A stretch of DNA of 64,000 nucleotides from Saccharopolyspora erythraea NRRL 2338 (GCF_000062885.1 NC_009142.1:1103584-1167583); one strand, 5' to 3'. Shown: positions 8,813-20,089, counted from the stretch's first letter. Numbers and translations are program-made. The notes: a model not told the origin generated them from the letters alone.

Positions 8813-10197
8813 TCAGGCTGCCCCGTCCGCTGCGGTCGTGGTGGTCGCGCCGCACGATCCAGTTCCGGACCAGCGCGGTCGCCACCGTCGTCGCGCTCTG
8901 CGCCCTGGGCGCCATCGCGCACGCGAGCACCGGCTTCGTCGGCTGGCTGCTGCTGGACTCGGTCGACACCGACCTCCAGCGCAGGGCCACGGCGGCGACC
9001 TCGCAACTGGCCTCGGGCGCCGACCCGGCGGCGCTGGTCGGCCCCGACCTGCGGGTGCTCGACGTCGCGGGTACCCCCGTCGACGGTCTGCCAGCACCGG
9101 CGGTCGGCGGTCGCGAGATCGACGACCTGAAGGCGGGCGAGGGCGTCATCGAGCACCGCGACCACGCCGAGTGGCGCCGCTGGGTGGGCGTGGTCGTCCC
9201 CGACCCGCGGGGCGAGCCCCGCCTGGTGCTGGCGGGCACGCCGCTCGTCGGGTACCGCGACACCCTCAGCACCGCGGGGCGCTTCCTCGTCTCCGGCTCG
9301 ATCCTGTCGGCGGCGGCGATCGGCCTGGCCACCTGGATCGTCGTGCGCCGGTCCCTGCGCCCGGTCGAGCGGCTGCGGGTGGCGGCCGGGACGCTGCCGG
9401 AGGGCGAGCGGCTGCCGGTGCCCGAGGCCGACGACGAGCTGCGGGCGCTGGCCGAAGCGCTCAACAGCATGCTCGCCCGCCGCGACGCCGACACCGAGTG
9501 GCTGCGCCGCTTCACCGGCGACGCCGCGCACGAGCTGCGCAACCCCGTCTCGGCGATCCGCGTGCAGGCCGAGGTCGCGGTGGTGCACCCCGATCCGGAG
9601 CAGGCGCAGGAGGCGCTGCAGGAGATCGCCGACGAGACCAAGCGGCTCTCCGACCTGGTGGACGGCCTGCTGGCGCTGGCCCGCGCGGAGCGCGGCAGCC
9701 AGCCGCCGCCGCGACCGGTGGACCTGGTCGCGGCGGTGCGCGCGGCGGCCGACCGGGCCAACATGCGGGGAGCCCGGCCACGGGTCCAGGTCGAGACCTC
9801 GGCGGCGGCGCTGGTGGTCTCCGCCAGCCCTGCCGAGGTGGCCACCGTCCTGGACAACCTGGTCTCCAACGCCCTGCGCTACGCCCGTGCGCTGGTCCGG
9901 GTGTCGCTGCTGCCCGCGGCGGACTCCGTGCGGCTGCTGGTCGACGACGACGGCCCCGGCATCCCCGCCGAACACCGGGCGCAGGTGTTCGACCGCTTCC
10001 ACCGCGTCGAAGCCGACCGGGCCCGCAGCACCGGCGGCAGCGGCCTCGGTCTCGCGCTCGTGGCCGAGGCCGTGCGCCGCCGCGGCGGCACCGTCCGCGC
10101 GGGCGAGTCGCCGGAGGGCGGCGCCCGCATCGAGGCGCGCTGGCCCCTGTCGGGCCCGCTCCTGCCCGCCGTCCGCCGCGACGACGCGCGGCGGTAG
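8809..10197 (+). CDS. Two-component sensor histidine kinase
   Basis: MIRLPRPLRSWWS... with two TM segments, H-box AAHELRNPVSAI, ATPase G-boxes DDDGPGIP and GGSGLGLAL; ATGA overlap with the RR stop. Confidence 0.85.
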   Translation: MIRLPRPLRSWWSRRTIQFRTSAVATVVALCALGAIAHASTGFVGWLLLDSVDTDLQRRATAATSQLASGADPAALVGPDLRVLDVAGTPVDGLPAPAVGGREIDDLKAGEGVIEHRDHAEWRRWVGVVVPDPRGEPRLVLAGTPLVGYRDTLSTAGRFLVSGSILSAAAIGLATWIVVRRSLRPVERLRVAAGTLPEGERLPVPEADDELRALAEALNSMLARRDADTEWLRRFTGDAAHELRNPVSAIRVQAEVAVVHPDPEQAQEALQEIADETKRLSDLVDGLLALARAERGSQPPPRPVDLVAAVRAAADRANMRGARPRVQVETSAAALVVSASPAEVATVLDNLVSNALRYARALVRVSLLPAADSVRLLVDDDGPGIPAEHRAQVFDRFHRVEADRARSTGGSGLGLALVAEAVRRRGGTVRAGESPEGGARIEARWPLSGPLLPAVRRDDARR

Positions 10198-10257
10198 CGG
10201 CGGGGCGGGCGGCCGTAGGGGCGCGGGGGCGGGCGGCGAGTCGGCGGCGGCGCTAGG

Positions 10258-10470
10258 GGCGCGCTGTGAGGCGGCGGCAGGGCACGTGCTGTGGGACGGC
10301 GGTGGCGGACGTGCGGGATGTGGGACGGCGGTGGCGGACGTGCGGGATGTGGGACGGCCGTGACGGTAGTGCGGGCTGTGAGATGGCCGCGGTGGTAGGG
10401 GGCGCGCTGTGGGACGACGGCGGCGGACGTGCGGGCTGGCAGACGGCGGCGGTGGTAGTGCGGGCCGCGC
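10258..10470. repeat. About 7 copies of an imperfect ~29-31 bp tandem repeat (unit GTGGGACGGCGGTGGCGGACGTGCGGGAT; two copies exact)
   Basis: Read directly: 10293-10321 and 10322-10350 are identical, and flanking copies are degenerate. Confidence 0.8.
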
Positions 10471-10621
10471 GGAAGCGGCGGTCATAGGGAGGCGCGCCGT
10501 CCCACGCCGTTCTGCGCACGAGTCGTCGGTGGTCACGCCCGGGCTTCAGCTCTGCACGCCAAGAGCCGTCAGCAGTCGGGCGGCCCGTTCTTCGTTCGCG
10601 CTGTTGGCGTCCTAGTCGGAG

Positions 10622-10742
10622 GCCCCTCCGTCCGTCCACGCCCCCAGTCGTTCCTGGTCGGGTGGGCCTTCCGTCCGTCCACGCCCGAGTCGTTCCTGGT
10701 CGAGTGGGCCTTCGTCCGCCCACGCCCGAGTCGTCGCTGGTG
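10622..10742. repeat. Three copies of an imperfect ~37-38 bp tandem repeat (GGGCCTTCCGTCCGTCCACGCCCGAGTCGTTCCTGGTCG)
   Basis: Read directly in sequence. Confidence 0.75.
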
Positions 10743-10834
10743 GTCCACACCGCCAGACCAGGTGCCCCGTTGCGATGTGGTCATCGCCCATCTCACCAAC
10801 TGGACGGAGACCCGGTGGGGCAAGATGTCATCAC

Positions 10835-11683
10835 GTGCCAGTCTTGCGAACCACGGCCCTGATCGACGCGCCGCTGCCGACCGTTGGGGGTGCGCTCCGC
10901 GACATCCCGCTCGCCGAACACGGGCTGGCCGAGCTCGGGGTGCGCGCCCGCGTTGTGGGCAAGGCGTCGGCGCTGCTCGTGCCGGGGGACGAGCTTTCGT
11001 TCCGGATGCCGGTGCTCGGAGTGCCGGTCTCGCTGCGCACGCGGATCGTCCGGGCCGATGCGGACGCCCTCACTTCAGTGCTGGTCGCCGGGCCACTGCG
11101 GGAGCTGCGACACGAAGCGGTCCTCGCCGCCGTCGGTGACCGCACCCTGATCACCGACTCGGTGCACTGGAAGACGCCGCTCGGCGGCCCCGGGCGCCTG
11201 GCGGACGTCGCGCTGTTGCGCCGCAAGGTGCTCGCGGTGCAGGCCCAGCGGGTCAGGGCCGTGCGGGAGCTCGCGGAGTCGTGGGCTGGCCGGAAGGTGG
11301 TCGTCGGCGCCGCGATCGTCCGAAGTGGACTCCTACTGGCGCAGCAGCGCCGCTATCCCGCCGACCACGCGGGCCGCTGGGAGTTGCCGGGCGGCCGAGT
11401 GGAGCCGGGGGAGGGAGAACGCGAAGCGGTCGTCCGCGAGTGCAAGGAAGAACTCGACGTCGAAGTGCGCCCCACAGGCCGGGTCGGCACCGACGTGCCT
11501 CTGTCGAACGGAATGATCCTGCGAATCCACAGCGCCGAACTGGTCGAAGCGGCCGCGGTCCCGAAGGCCGTCGAGCACCACGACGTCCGCTGGGTGAAGG
11601 CGGCCGACCTGCCCGCCCTGGACTGGCTTGACGCCGACCGAGTCCTCGTCCACTCACTCCGGGAACTGGTCGACAAGAGCTGA
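10835..11683 (+). CDS. NUDIX hydrolase with an N-terminal SRPBCC-like extension
   Basis: C-terminal Nudix box GRWELPGGRVEPGEGEREAVVRECKEELDV; probable GTG start near 10835 (the ORF track starts at 10775); N-terminal domain call is tentative. Confidence 0.6.
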   Translation: MPVLRTTALIDAPLPTVGGALRDIPLAEHGLAELGVRARVVGKASALLVPGDELSFRMPVLGVPVSLRTRIVRADADALTSVLVAGPLRELRHEAVLAAVGDRTLITDSVHWKTPLGGPGRLADVALLRRKVLAVQAQRVRAVRELAESWAGRKVVVGAAIVRSGLLLAQQRRYPADHAGRWELPGGRVEPGEGEREAVVRECKEELDVEVRPTGRVGTDVPLSNGMILRIHSAELVEAAAVPKAVEHHDVRWVKAADLPALDWLDADRVLVHSLRELVDKS

Positions 11684-11732
11684 AGCAGAGCCCCGATTGC
11701 TGACCAGAAAGCACCCGTGATGCTCCACAACG

Positions 11733-12133
11733 CTACTTCTCGAGGGTGTAGGTGAGAGTCAGAACGCCCATGGTGGCCTCCGTAGCCTCACCAGACAGTC
11801 CGGCAAGGCCGGCCGTACCCGAGTGCGGGATCACAGTGCCGAAAGTGCTTTGGTCTTGCCGTCGGCCAGACCGCCGTGTTGGATCACGAACGTGCCGCGC
11901 CGGCCGTCCAGGGACGCGTGGATGTGTTCCGAGGCCACGTAGCCACTGCCTTTGGTGCCCTGCGCGGTAAGTACCTCTACGACCCCGGTCCCTTCGAGAG
12001 CGCCTCGGTAGGTTTTGCGGATCACGATCCTGGTCAGCTTCGGGCCTTCGTCCGGCTCGTGATAGGGAACCTCTTCCCAGCTATCGATCTCGAACTCGGC
12101 CTGGATCGTTCGCGGAGTGCCGGTGCCAGTCAT
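11733..12133 (-). pseudogene. DUF3224-family gene interrupted by a -1 frameshift near 11845-11850
   Basis: Frame A gives MTGTGTPRTIQAEFEIDSWEEVPY...GGLADGKTKALSAL*; the adjacent frame continues TFGTVIPHSGTAGLAGLSGEATEATMGVLTLTYTLEK*, which matches the conserved DUF3224 C-terminus. Confidence 0.55.
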
Positions 12134-12269
12134 GAGCGCGGAGCATGCCAGGTCAGTCTGACAACCCGCCTCCGAATTGCTGGGAGCGATTGCCCACGAG
12201 CGCGCCTGCTAGTGCGGCAATGGTCTCCGGGGCGAAGTCCCCAGGTTCCCGAACCGCCCGGCCTGACTT

Positions 12270-12590
12270 GCCCAACCCCAAACGGCACTGCCTGTTCCGT
12301 CCCTCGCCGTGAACCGCCGCTTCGGGTTGCCCGCCCGAGCCCGTTGGGTGCCTCGGTTTCCAAGCCGCACTGACCGTCCCTCGCCGTGAACCGCCGCCCC
12401 GGCTTGCTCGCCCGAGCCCGTTGGGTGCCTCGGTTTCCAAGCCGCACTGACCGTCCCTCGCCGTGAACCGCCGCCCCGGCTTGCCCGCCCGACCCCGTTG
12501 GGTCCCCCGGGCTTCCAAACGCCTGGCCCCCGACCCCAACCGCCGGCCCGCTCCGTTCCCCGCCGTGAACCGCCCAGCCCGCCGCCGGAC
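12270..12590. repeat. About 4 copies of a ~77-78 bp tandem direct repeat
   Basis: Unit CGTCCCTCGCCGTGAACCGCCGCCCCGGCTTGCCCGCCCGAGCCCGTTGGGTGCCTCGGTTTCCAAGCCGCACTGAC; two central copies are near-identical and the flanking copies degenerate. Confidence 0.8.
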
Positions 12591-12602
12591 CCCGAACAGC
12601 CC

Positions 12603-13208
12603 TCAGGGTTCGAGGAGTTCGCCCGGGTCGAAGGACAGCTCGAACGGCAGGTCGGTTTCGAAGCGTTGCCCGTCGAGGGCCTTGGCCTGATCGCGGTATT
12701 CGCCGTCCACGAGCCGCAGCAGCTCGACCTCGACTCGCTGGCGCGCGTACGAAACCTCTACGCGCATGAAGTACGGGATGCCCGCCTGAGCGCAGAGCGC
12801 CGGCTTGTCGATGCGGTCGTTCTTCCGGCTGGACGGTGACACGCATTCGCCGACGAGCAGCACGTTCTCCGCCGGGACCCACACCCTGCCGCGGCCGGGT
12901 TGGTCCAGCACGACGAAGTCGGGTTCGATCCACCGCTGCTGGCCCAGCTGCACGTTGATCGTGGTGTAGGCGGCGCCCCCTTTCGACCGGGCGGGGTCGC
13001 GCAGGAGGTGGCGGAGCTCGTCCGCCGCGTAAGCGTTGGCAGTACCTTCATAAGGGCTCACGAGCAGCTTTCCGTCCAGGCACTCGTACTTCGCCGGAGG
13101 CATTCCCGGGATCGGCAGGTACCGGTCGGCGAGCTGGGGGGTCCACAAACCGTCGAGATCGACCAGCGGGTCGAACCTGGCAGTCGGGTCGAACGCTGGT
13201 GCGGCCAT
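12603..13208 (-). CDS. Uma2-family endonuclease (DUF820, restriction-endonuclease-like fold)
   Basis: MAAPAFDPTARFD...YECLDGKLLVSPYEG...IEPDFVVL...LVGECVSPSS...AGIPYFMRV, matching the characteristic motifs of the Uma2 family. Confidence 0.7.
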   Translation of the reverse strand: MAAPAFDPTARFDPLVDLDGLWTPQLADRYLPIPGMPPAKYECLDGKLLVSPYEGTANAYAADELRHLLRDPARSKGGAAYTTINVQLGQQRWIEPDFVVLDQPGRGRVWVPAENVLLVGECVSPSSRKNDRIDKPALCAQAGIPYFMRVEVSYARQRVEVELLRLVDGEYRDQAKALDGQRFETDLPFELSFDPGELLEP

Positions 13209-13395
13209 GACAGCGCTCCTCTCGAAAACCCTCGTTTGCCCTTGGTCCACCACAGTACCCATGCATCCAGGTTGGCGGGACCGCTCAGGGGAGTGCCATG
13301 AATCCGATCGTGATCCACTCGAACTGGTGAACGAATGCCCGCGGGTGCAAGCGCCCTGACCCACTTCGCCGCAGTTCAGGGCGCTTCGCGGTCCT

Positions 13396-14360
13396 TCAGC
13401 GCAGCCCGGAGACGCGCAGCGCGGCCTCCAGCCGCGGGCGCGCGCGCTCCGCCGCGCGCTTCGCGCCGTGCGCCCGCACGCGGTCGAGCTCCGCGGAGTC
13501 GTCGAGCAGCTCCCGCGCGCGTTCGCGCACGGGCCGCAGCTCCTCGACGACCGCCTCCGCGACGGTGTCCTTGAGCTCCGCGTACGAGCCGACGGAGTCG
13601 GCCGCGGCGTACGGGCTGGTGCCGCCGCACGCCGCGAGGATCTCCAGCAGGTTCGCCACCCCGGGCTTGGCCTCGGGGTCGTAGCGGACTTCGTCGCCGC
13701 CGTCGGTCACGGCCCGGCGGAACTTGCGGCGGATCGCGTCGGGCTCGTCGAGTACGAACACGCTGCCGGGGGACTGCTGCGAGGACTTGGCCATCTTGCG
13801 GCTCGGGTCGCCGAGGTCCCGGATCCGCGCCGCCGTCTTGGGCACCACGGCGCGCGGGACGACGAACACCTCGCCGTAGTTGGAGTTGAACCTCCTGGCC
13901 AGGGTCCGGGCCAGTTCGACGTGCTGGTCCTGGTCGGTGCCGACCGGCACCTCGGACGCGCCCTGCATCAGGATGTCGGCGGCCATGAGCACCGGGTAGG
14001 TGAGCAGGCCGACGCGGACCGACTCCTGCCCGGCGCCCTTCTCCTTGAACTGGATCATCCGGGCCGCCTCGCCGTAGGTGCAGGTGCACTCCAGCACCCA
14101 GTTCAGGGCGCCCAGCTCGTAGGCGAGGTCGGACTGCACGAACACCGAGTCCGGTTCGATGCCCGCGCCGAGCAGCACCGCGAACACCTCGCGGGTCAGC
14201 GAGCGCAGCCGCTCCGGGCGGTGCGGGGCGGTCATCGCGTGCAGGTCGGAGACGAAGAACAGGTCCTCCGGCTCCCGCTCGGCCGCCCACCGGCGGACCG
14301 CGCCGAGGTGGTTGCCGAGGTGCACGTGGCCGGAGGGGGTGATGCCGGAAAGACGGGTCA
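13396..14360 (-). CDS. trpS: Tryptophan--tRNA ligase
   Basis: MTRLSGITPSGHVHLGNHLGA (HIGH-type motif), KMAKS (KMSKS), and overall class I TrpRS/TyrRS-family features; the ORF-track start is an extension. Confidence 0.85.
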
Positions 14361-14796
14361 TGATGATCTCCTGGGGTCCTTGCCGCCACCAGGATGACCG
14401 CGATTCGCGTCGGCCGCCTGATGGCGACCGGTTCGCGTTGGTCAGTGCGCGAAGCGTCCGGGCCGCCCGTGGGCGGCCCACCACATGCTCAGGTGCTCGC
14501 GCATGTCCGGAAGCCTACCGCTCGGCAAGTGGTGGCGGTCAAGCTTTTCCGCGTGCGGTGGCGGACCGCCTCGACCCGGGCTGAAGATCCGCGGCGCCGG
14601 CGACGGGCAACCGAGGGCTCGGATACGGGTATCAGCGCCGGAAACGATGTCCGGAGGAGCCGAAAGGCGTTCGCGGTCACCGAAAGCGCCCTCGCTGAAG
14701 ATCGGTGGAAGTCGCGTGATCGACGGCCGAAGATCCGCGGGAATTCGGCGGCCGAGTCGGCGGCGGTGCGCCGGTGCCGGAGTTACCTTGAAGATA

Positions 14797-15104
14797 TGTA
14801 CGTGGTTCTGCTGAATTACACGGCCCCGCAAGCAGACATCGACGCATGGCTGGTGGATCACTACGAATGGGTCACCCAGCACTACGACGCGGGCGACTTC
14901 ATCGCTACCGGGCACCGCAGGCCGATGGCAGGGGCGGTCATCATCGCCAGGGCGATGCCCCGCGGCAGGCTGGAGGCGATCCTGGCGACCGACCCGTTCG
15001 CCCTGCACAAGCTGACCCGGCACGAGGTGATCGAGTTCCAGGCCCTGCGGACGGTGCCGGAGCTGGCCAGGTACGCCGACCCCCTGGCTCCGGCGCGCGA
15101 ATAA
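14797..15104 (+). CDS. YciI-like (YCII-related) domain protein
   Basis: MYVVLLNYTAPQADIDAWLVDHYEWVTQHYDAGDFIATGHRRP...; ~102 aa. Confidence 0.7.
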
Positions 15105-15360
15105 CCGCAGCGAGAAGCCCGCGCCCCGGCCCCGGCGCCGAGGGCCATGCGAGTTCGTGCTTTTTGTTGGAATTGCCGGAATCTTTCGTCGAATCCGTCC
15201 GCGCCGGAACTGATCGCCGAAGGCGGAACTGATCTCGCCGAAGTGAGCTACCCGAATCGATCTCGCCGGAGTCGATCTCGCCGAATCGATCGCGGCGGAA
15301 CCCCGAAGTGATCTTGCCGGCACCGGGCTCGCCGGAGCCGACTTCCGGTACCGGCCGGGG

Positions 15361-15749
15361 CTACTTCCCGCCCGCGCCCTTCTTGCCCGGCTTCTTCTTG
15401 CCGGACTCCTTCTGCTCGCGGTCCTTCGCGGCGGCCTTCTTCCCGGCCTTCTTCGCGGCCTTCTTGTCGCTCTTCCTGCCGTCCTTCTTCGGGCCGCCGC
15501 CGTTGCCGGCCTCGGTGTCCAGGCCGTTGTCGCCGCCCGGCTCGGCTTCCCAGCCGGCCAGGTCCGCGTCCTCGGCGGGGGCCTTCGCGGCCTTGTCCGC
15601 GTGCTTGCGCGCCTTCTTGCGCTCCTTGCGCAGGTCCTCGGCCTTCGCCTCGCGGAGGACCTCCCGCAGGACCACGATCGGGCAGCTCTTGCACGGTGGC
15701 CGCGAACGGCAGCACTTGCTCTTGACCTTGATCGTCTTACCCACGCTGC
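15361..15749 (-). CDS. Small basic Lys/Ala-rich protein with an N-terminal Cys4 motif (CC-x5-C-x2-C)
   Basis: GTG start: VGKTIKVKSKCCRSRPPCKSCPIVVLREVLREAKAEDLRKERKKARKHADKAAK...KKAAKKAGKKAAAKD...; histone-tail-like C-terminus. Confidence 0.5.
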
Positions 15750-16060
15750 TCTGGTCTTTCCGGTCCCTCGGGTGCGTCGCGGACAGGCTAGGCGAACCTA
15801 ACCCGTTCGGGCGAACTTGATGTTGGGGGCGGTGTTGGATGTTGCGCTGAGCACGTGTCGGCGGTCTCGCAATCACCTTGCACTACGCTGGAGCGAGCCG
15901 CGCGTCGACATCGCGCCGCACCGCCGGGCCCCGGAGGTGCCGTCATCCGCTCCGCAGCGGCGACCAACACAGCGGAGCCGCGGCCGAACCCGAGTCGACG
16001 AGAACCGCCGCAGCCAGGATCGACTCAGTTCGCCACCTTCAGTCCGACAGGAGTACCCGC

Positions 16061-17986
<1,926 letters not shown>

Positions 17987-18009
17987 CGGCGGCTTGCCGG
18001 GTGGCCGGC

Positions 18010-18060
18010 TCGGCCGCTGCGTAATGTGGGAGGCCGAGCCGGACCGCCCGGTCGGCTCGG
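18010..18060 (+). terminator. Putative stem-loop terminator downstream of typA
   Basis: Inverted repeat GGCCGGCTCGGCC...GGCCGAGCCGGACC. Confidence 0.4.
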
Positions 18061-18211
18061 CCCGCCCGGCGGGTGGACGGCGCCGGGCCGCCACGGCGGT
18101 GCCCGCGAGTCACCGGTCCTCCTTCACGCCTTCGGGTGGTTGACATGCTGCGCTGGTCAACGCTGCGCGGTGGCCCCCCCGGTGTCGTCCACCGGATAGG
18201 CGGAAGCAACC

Positions 18212-20056
18212 ATGGGGGACTTCGGCACGTCCATTACCGCGAGAGCGCGGTTGGCTGTCTCGGACGCACCTCCGGCCGGTGGTGCGGTGAGGGGAGGTTC
18301 GCACGTCGTGTCGCACGGTCGACGCCGCCCGTTCACCGCGGCCGTTCTGCTGGTGGCGCTGCTGAGCTTGGTGACTGCCTGCACGAACGCACCGCCGCCG
18401 CCCCTCGTGGAGCCCACGACCTCGGCGCCGGAGACGACGTCGTCCTCGGGCCAGCCGATGCCGACCGAGGTCGTGGTGGGGCTCGACCACCTGGAAGGCG
18501 GCTTCAACCCGCACACGCTGGCCGACCTCTCACCGACCTCGTCGGCGCTGTCGAGCCTGATGCTGCCGTCGGTGTTCCGCCCGGCCGCCGACGGCTCCCT
18601 GCAGCTGGACACCACGCTGATGGAGTCCGCCGAGGTGGTGCCGGAGGCGGGCAAGTTCACCGTCCGCTACCGCATCCGCAAGGAGGCGGGCTGGTCCGAC
18701 GGGGCGCCGATCGCCGCCGAGGACTTCGTCTACCTGTGGGAGCAGCTGCGCTCGCAGCCCGGTGTCGCCGACCCGGGCGGATACCAGCTCATCGAGGACG
18801 TCGCGTCCCGGCAGGCGGGCAAGACCGTCGAGGTCACCTTCGCCAAGCCGTTCCCCGGCTGGAAGACGCTTTTCAACAACCTGCTCCCGGCGCACCTGCT
18901 GCGCGACGCGCCCCGCGGCTGGGCGACCGCGCTGGACGAGGGCTACCCGGCCTCCGGCGGGCCCTTCGCCATCCGCCAGGTGGACCTGGACCGCGGCGAG
19001 ATCATCCTGGAGCGCAACGAGCGCTGGTGGGGCACGCCCGCGGTCTCGGACCGGATCGTGTTCCGGGCCGCCGACAAGCAGGGCCAGCTCGCGGCGCTGC
19101 GCAGCGGTGACACGCACCTGGCCGTGTTCGGCGCCGACACCGAGACCATGAACGCGCTGCGGGAGATGGGCGACCGGGTGCAGCTGATCACGGTGCCCAG
19201 GCCCGCGACCATGCAGCTGCTGCTGCGTCCGAGCAGCAGGCAGCTCTCCGACGTCCGGGTCCGCAACGCCGTCGCCGCCGCGCTGGACCGGGGCGCGTTG
19301 ATCGACGCGGGCACCGGTGGCGGTCCCGCCGACCAGTTGCAGGCGCACGCGCAGGTCCTCGCGCCGTCCGAGCCCGGCTACGTCCCGACCGAGCCCGCGG
19401 GCGCCTTCCCGGAGCGGCCCGACCCGGCGCGGGTCGACCGGCTGCTGCGCGAGGCCGGTTACCAGCGCGTCGGGGGCGTGTGGTCGCGCGACGGGCGTCC
19501 GCTGAACCTGCTGATCGCCGCGCCCTTCGAGCACGAGCAGTACGTGCGCATCGCCGAGACCGCCGCGCGCCAGCTGCGCGACCAGGGCATCCAGGCGACC
19601 GTGACGACCCCGACCGGCGACCAGCTCTTCGGCGAGATGCTCGCGGCCAACCCGAAGACCGAGGACCCGGGTTCGGCGGTGTCGGTGGACATGGCGATCG
19701 CCCCGCGGCCCGCCGGCGGCGACCCGGCCGCGATGATGGCCGCCTCCTTCGGCTGCCCCGGCGTCGCCCCCGACAGCGAACAGCCGTTCCCCTACAACGC
19801 GGCCGGGTTCTGCGACGAGCTGCTCCAGCCGACGGTCGACGCCGCGATCACCGGGCGGCTGCCGTTCGCGGCGGCCTCGGCGCGGGTCGAGCCCGCGGTG
19901 TGGAACGCGGCGGTCGCGGTGCCGCTGTACCAGCAGGCGCAGGTGCTGGCCCTGGGCCGCGACGTGCGCGGGGTGCAGCCCGGCCACGGCTTCGCCGGGC
20001 CCTTCTCCACCGCCGACCAGTGGCTGGGGACACCGGCCAAGAACGACGGCTGGTAG
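18212..20056 (+). CDS. Family-5 solute-binding-fold lipoprotein, LpqW-like (position after typA matches M. tuberculosis Rv1166)
   Basis: Lipobox LVTAC after signal peptide; SBP_bac_5-like length; start likely internal (GTG near 18300); LpqW assignment rests on synteny only. Confidence 0.65.
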   Translation: MGDFGTSITARARLAVSDAPPAGGAVRGGSHVVSHGRRRPFTAAVLLVALLSLVTACTNAPPPPLVEPTTSAPETTSSSGQPMPTEVVVGLDHLEGGFNPHTLADLSPTSSALSSLMLPSVFRPAADGSLQLDTTLMESAEVVPEAGKFTVRYRIRKEAGWSDGAPIAAEDFVYLWEQLRSQPGVADPGGYQLIEDVASRQAGKTVEVTFAKPFPGWKTLFNNLLPAHLLRDAPRGWATALDEGYPASGGPFAIRQVDLDRGEIILERNERWWGTPAVSDRIVFRAADKQGQLAALRSGDTHLAVFGADTETMNALREMGDRVQLITVPRPATMQLLLRPSSRQLSDVRVRNAVAAALDRGALIDAGTGGGPADQLQAHAQVLAPSEPGYVPTEPAGAFPERPDPARVDRLLREAGYQRVGGVWSRDGRPLNLLIAAPFEHEQYVRIAETAARQLRDQGIQATVTTPTGDQLFGEMLAANPKTEDPGSAVSVDMAIAPRPAGGDPAAMMAASFGCPGVAPDSEQPFPYNAAGFCDELLQPTVDAAITGRLPFAAASARVEPAVWNAAVAVPLYQQAQVLALGRDVRGVQPGHGFAGPFSTADQWLGTPAKNDGW

Positions 20057-20089
20057 CTCACCAGCGGTGAACAGGCACGACCGGAACAC

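Noticed and set aside
10258-10470. Possible CRISPR array (regular short repeats) at 10258-10470, 12270-12590 and 24313-24384
   Set aside because: Units are contiguous tandem copies without intervening unique spacers, and no cas genes are nearby. They are tandem repeats, not CRISPR arrays.
12130-12933. 267-aa ORF covering the 78-bp repeat array as a possible repeat-containing protein
   Set aside because: The frame is open only because of GC richness and repetition. It overlaps the Uma2 gene on the same strand in another frame and has no start context.
13396-14360. trpS as an antibiotic-resistance duplicate
   Set aside because: Only one trpS is visible in the window and nothing in the sequence distinguishes it from a housekeeping copy. 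This is kept only as a remark within the accessory-region finding.
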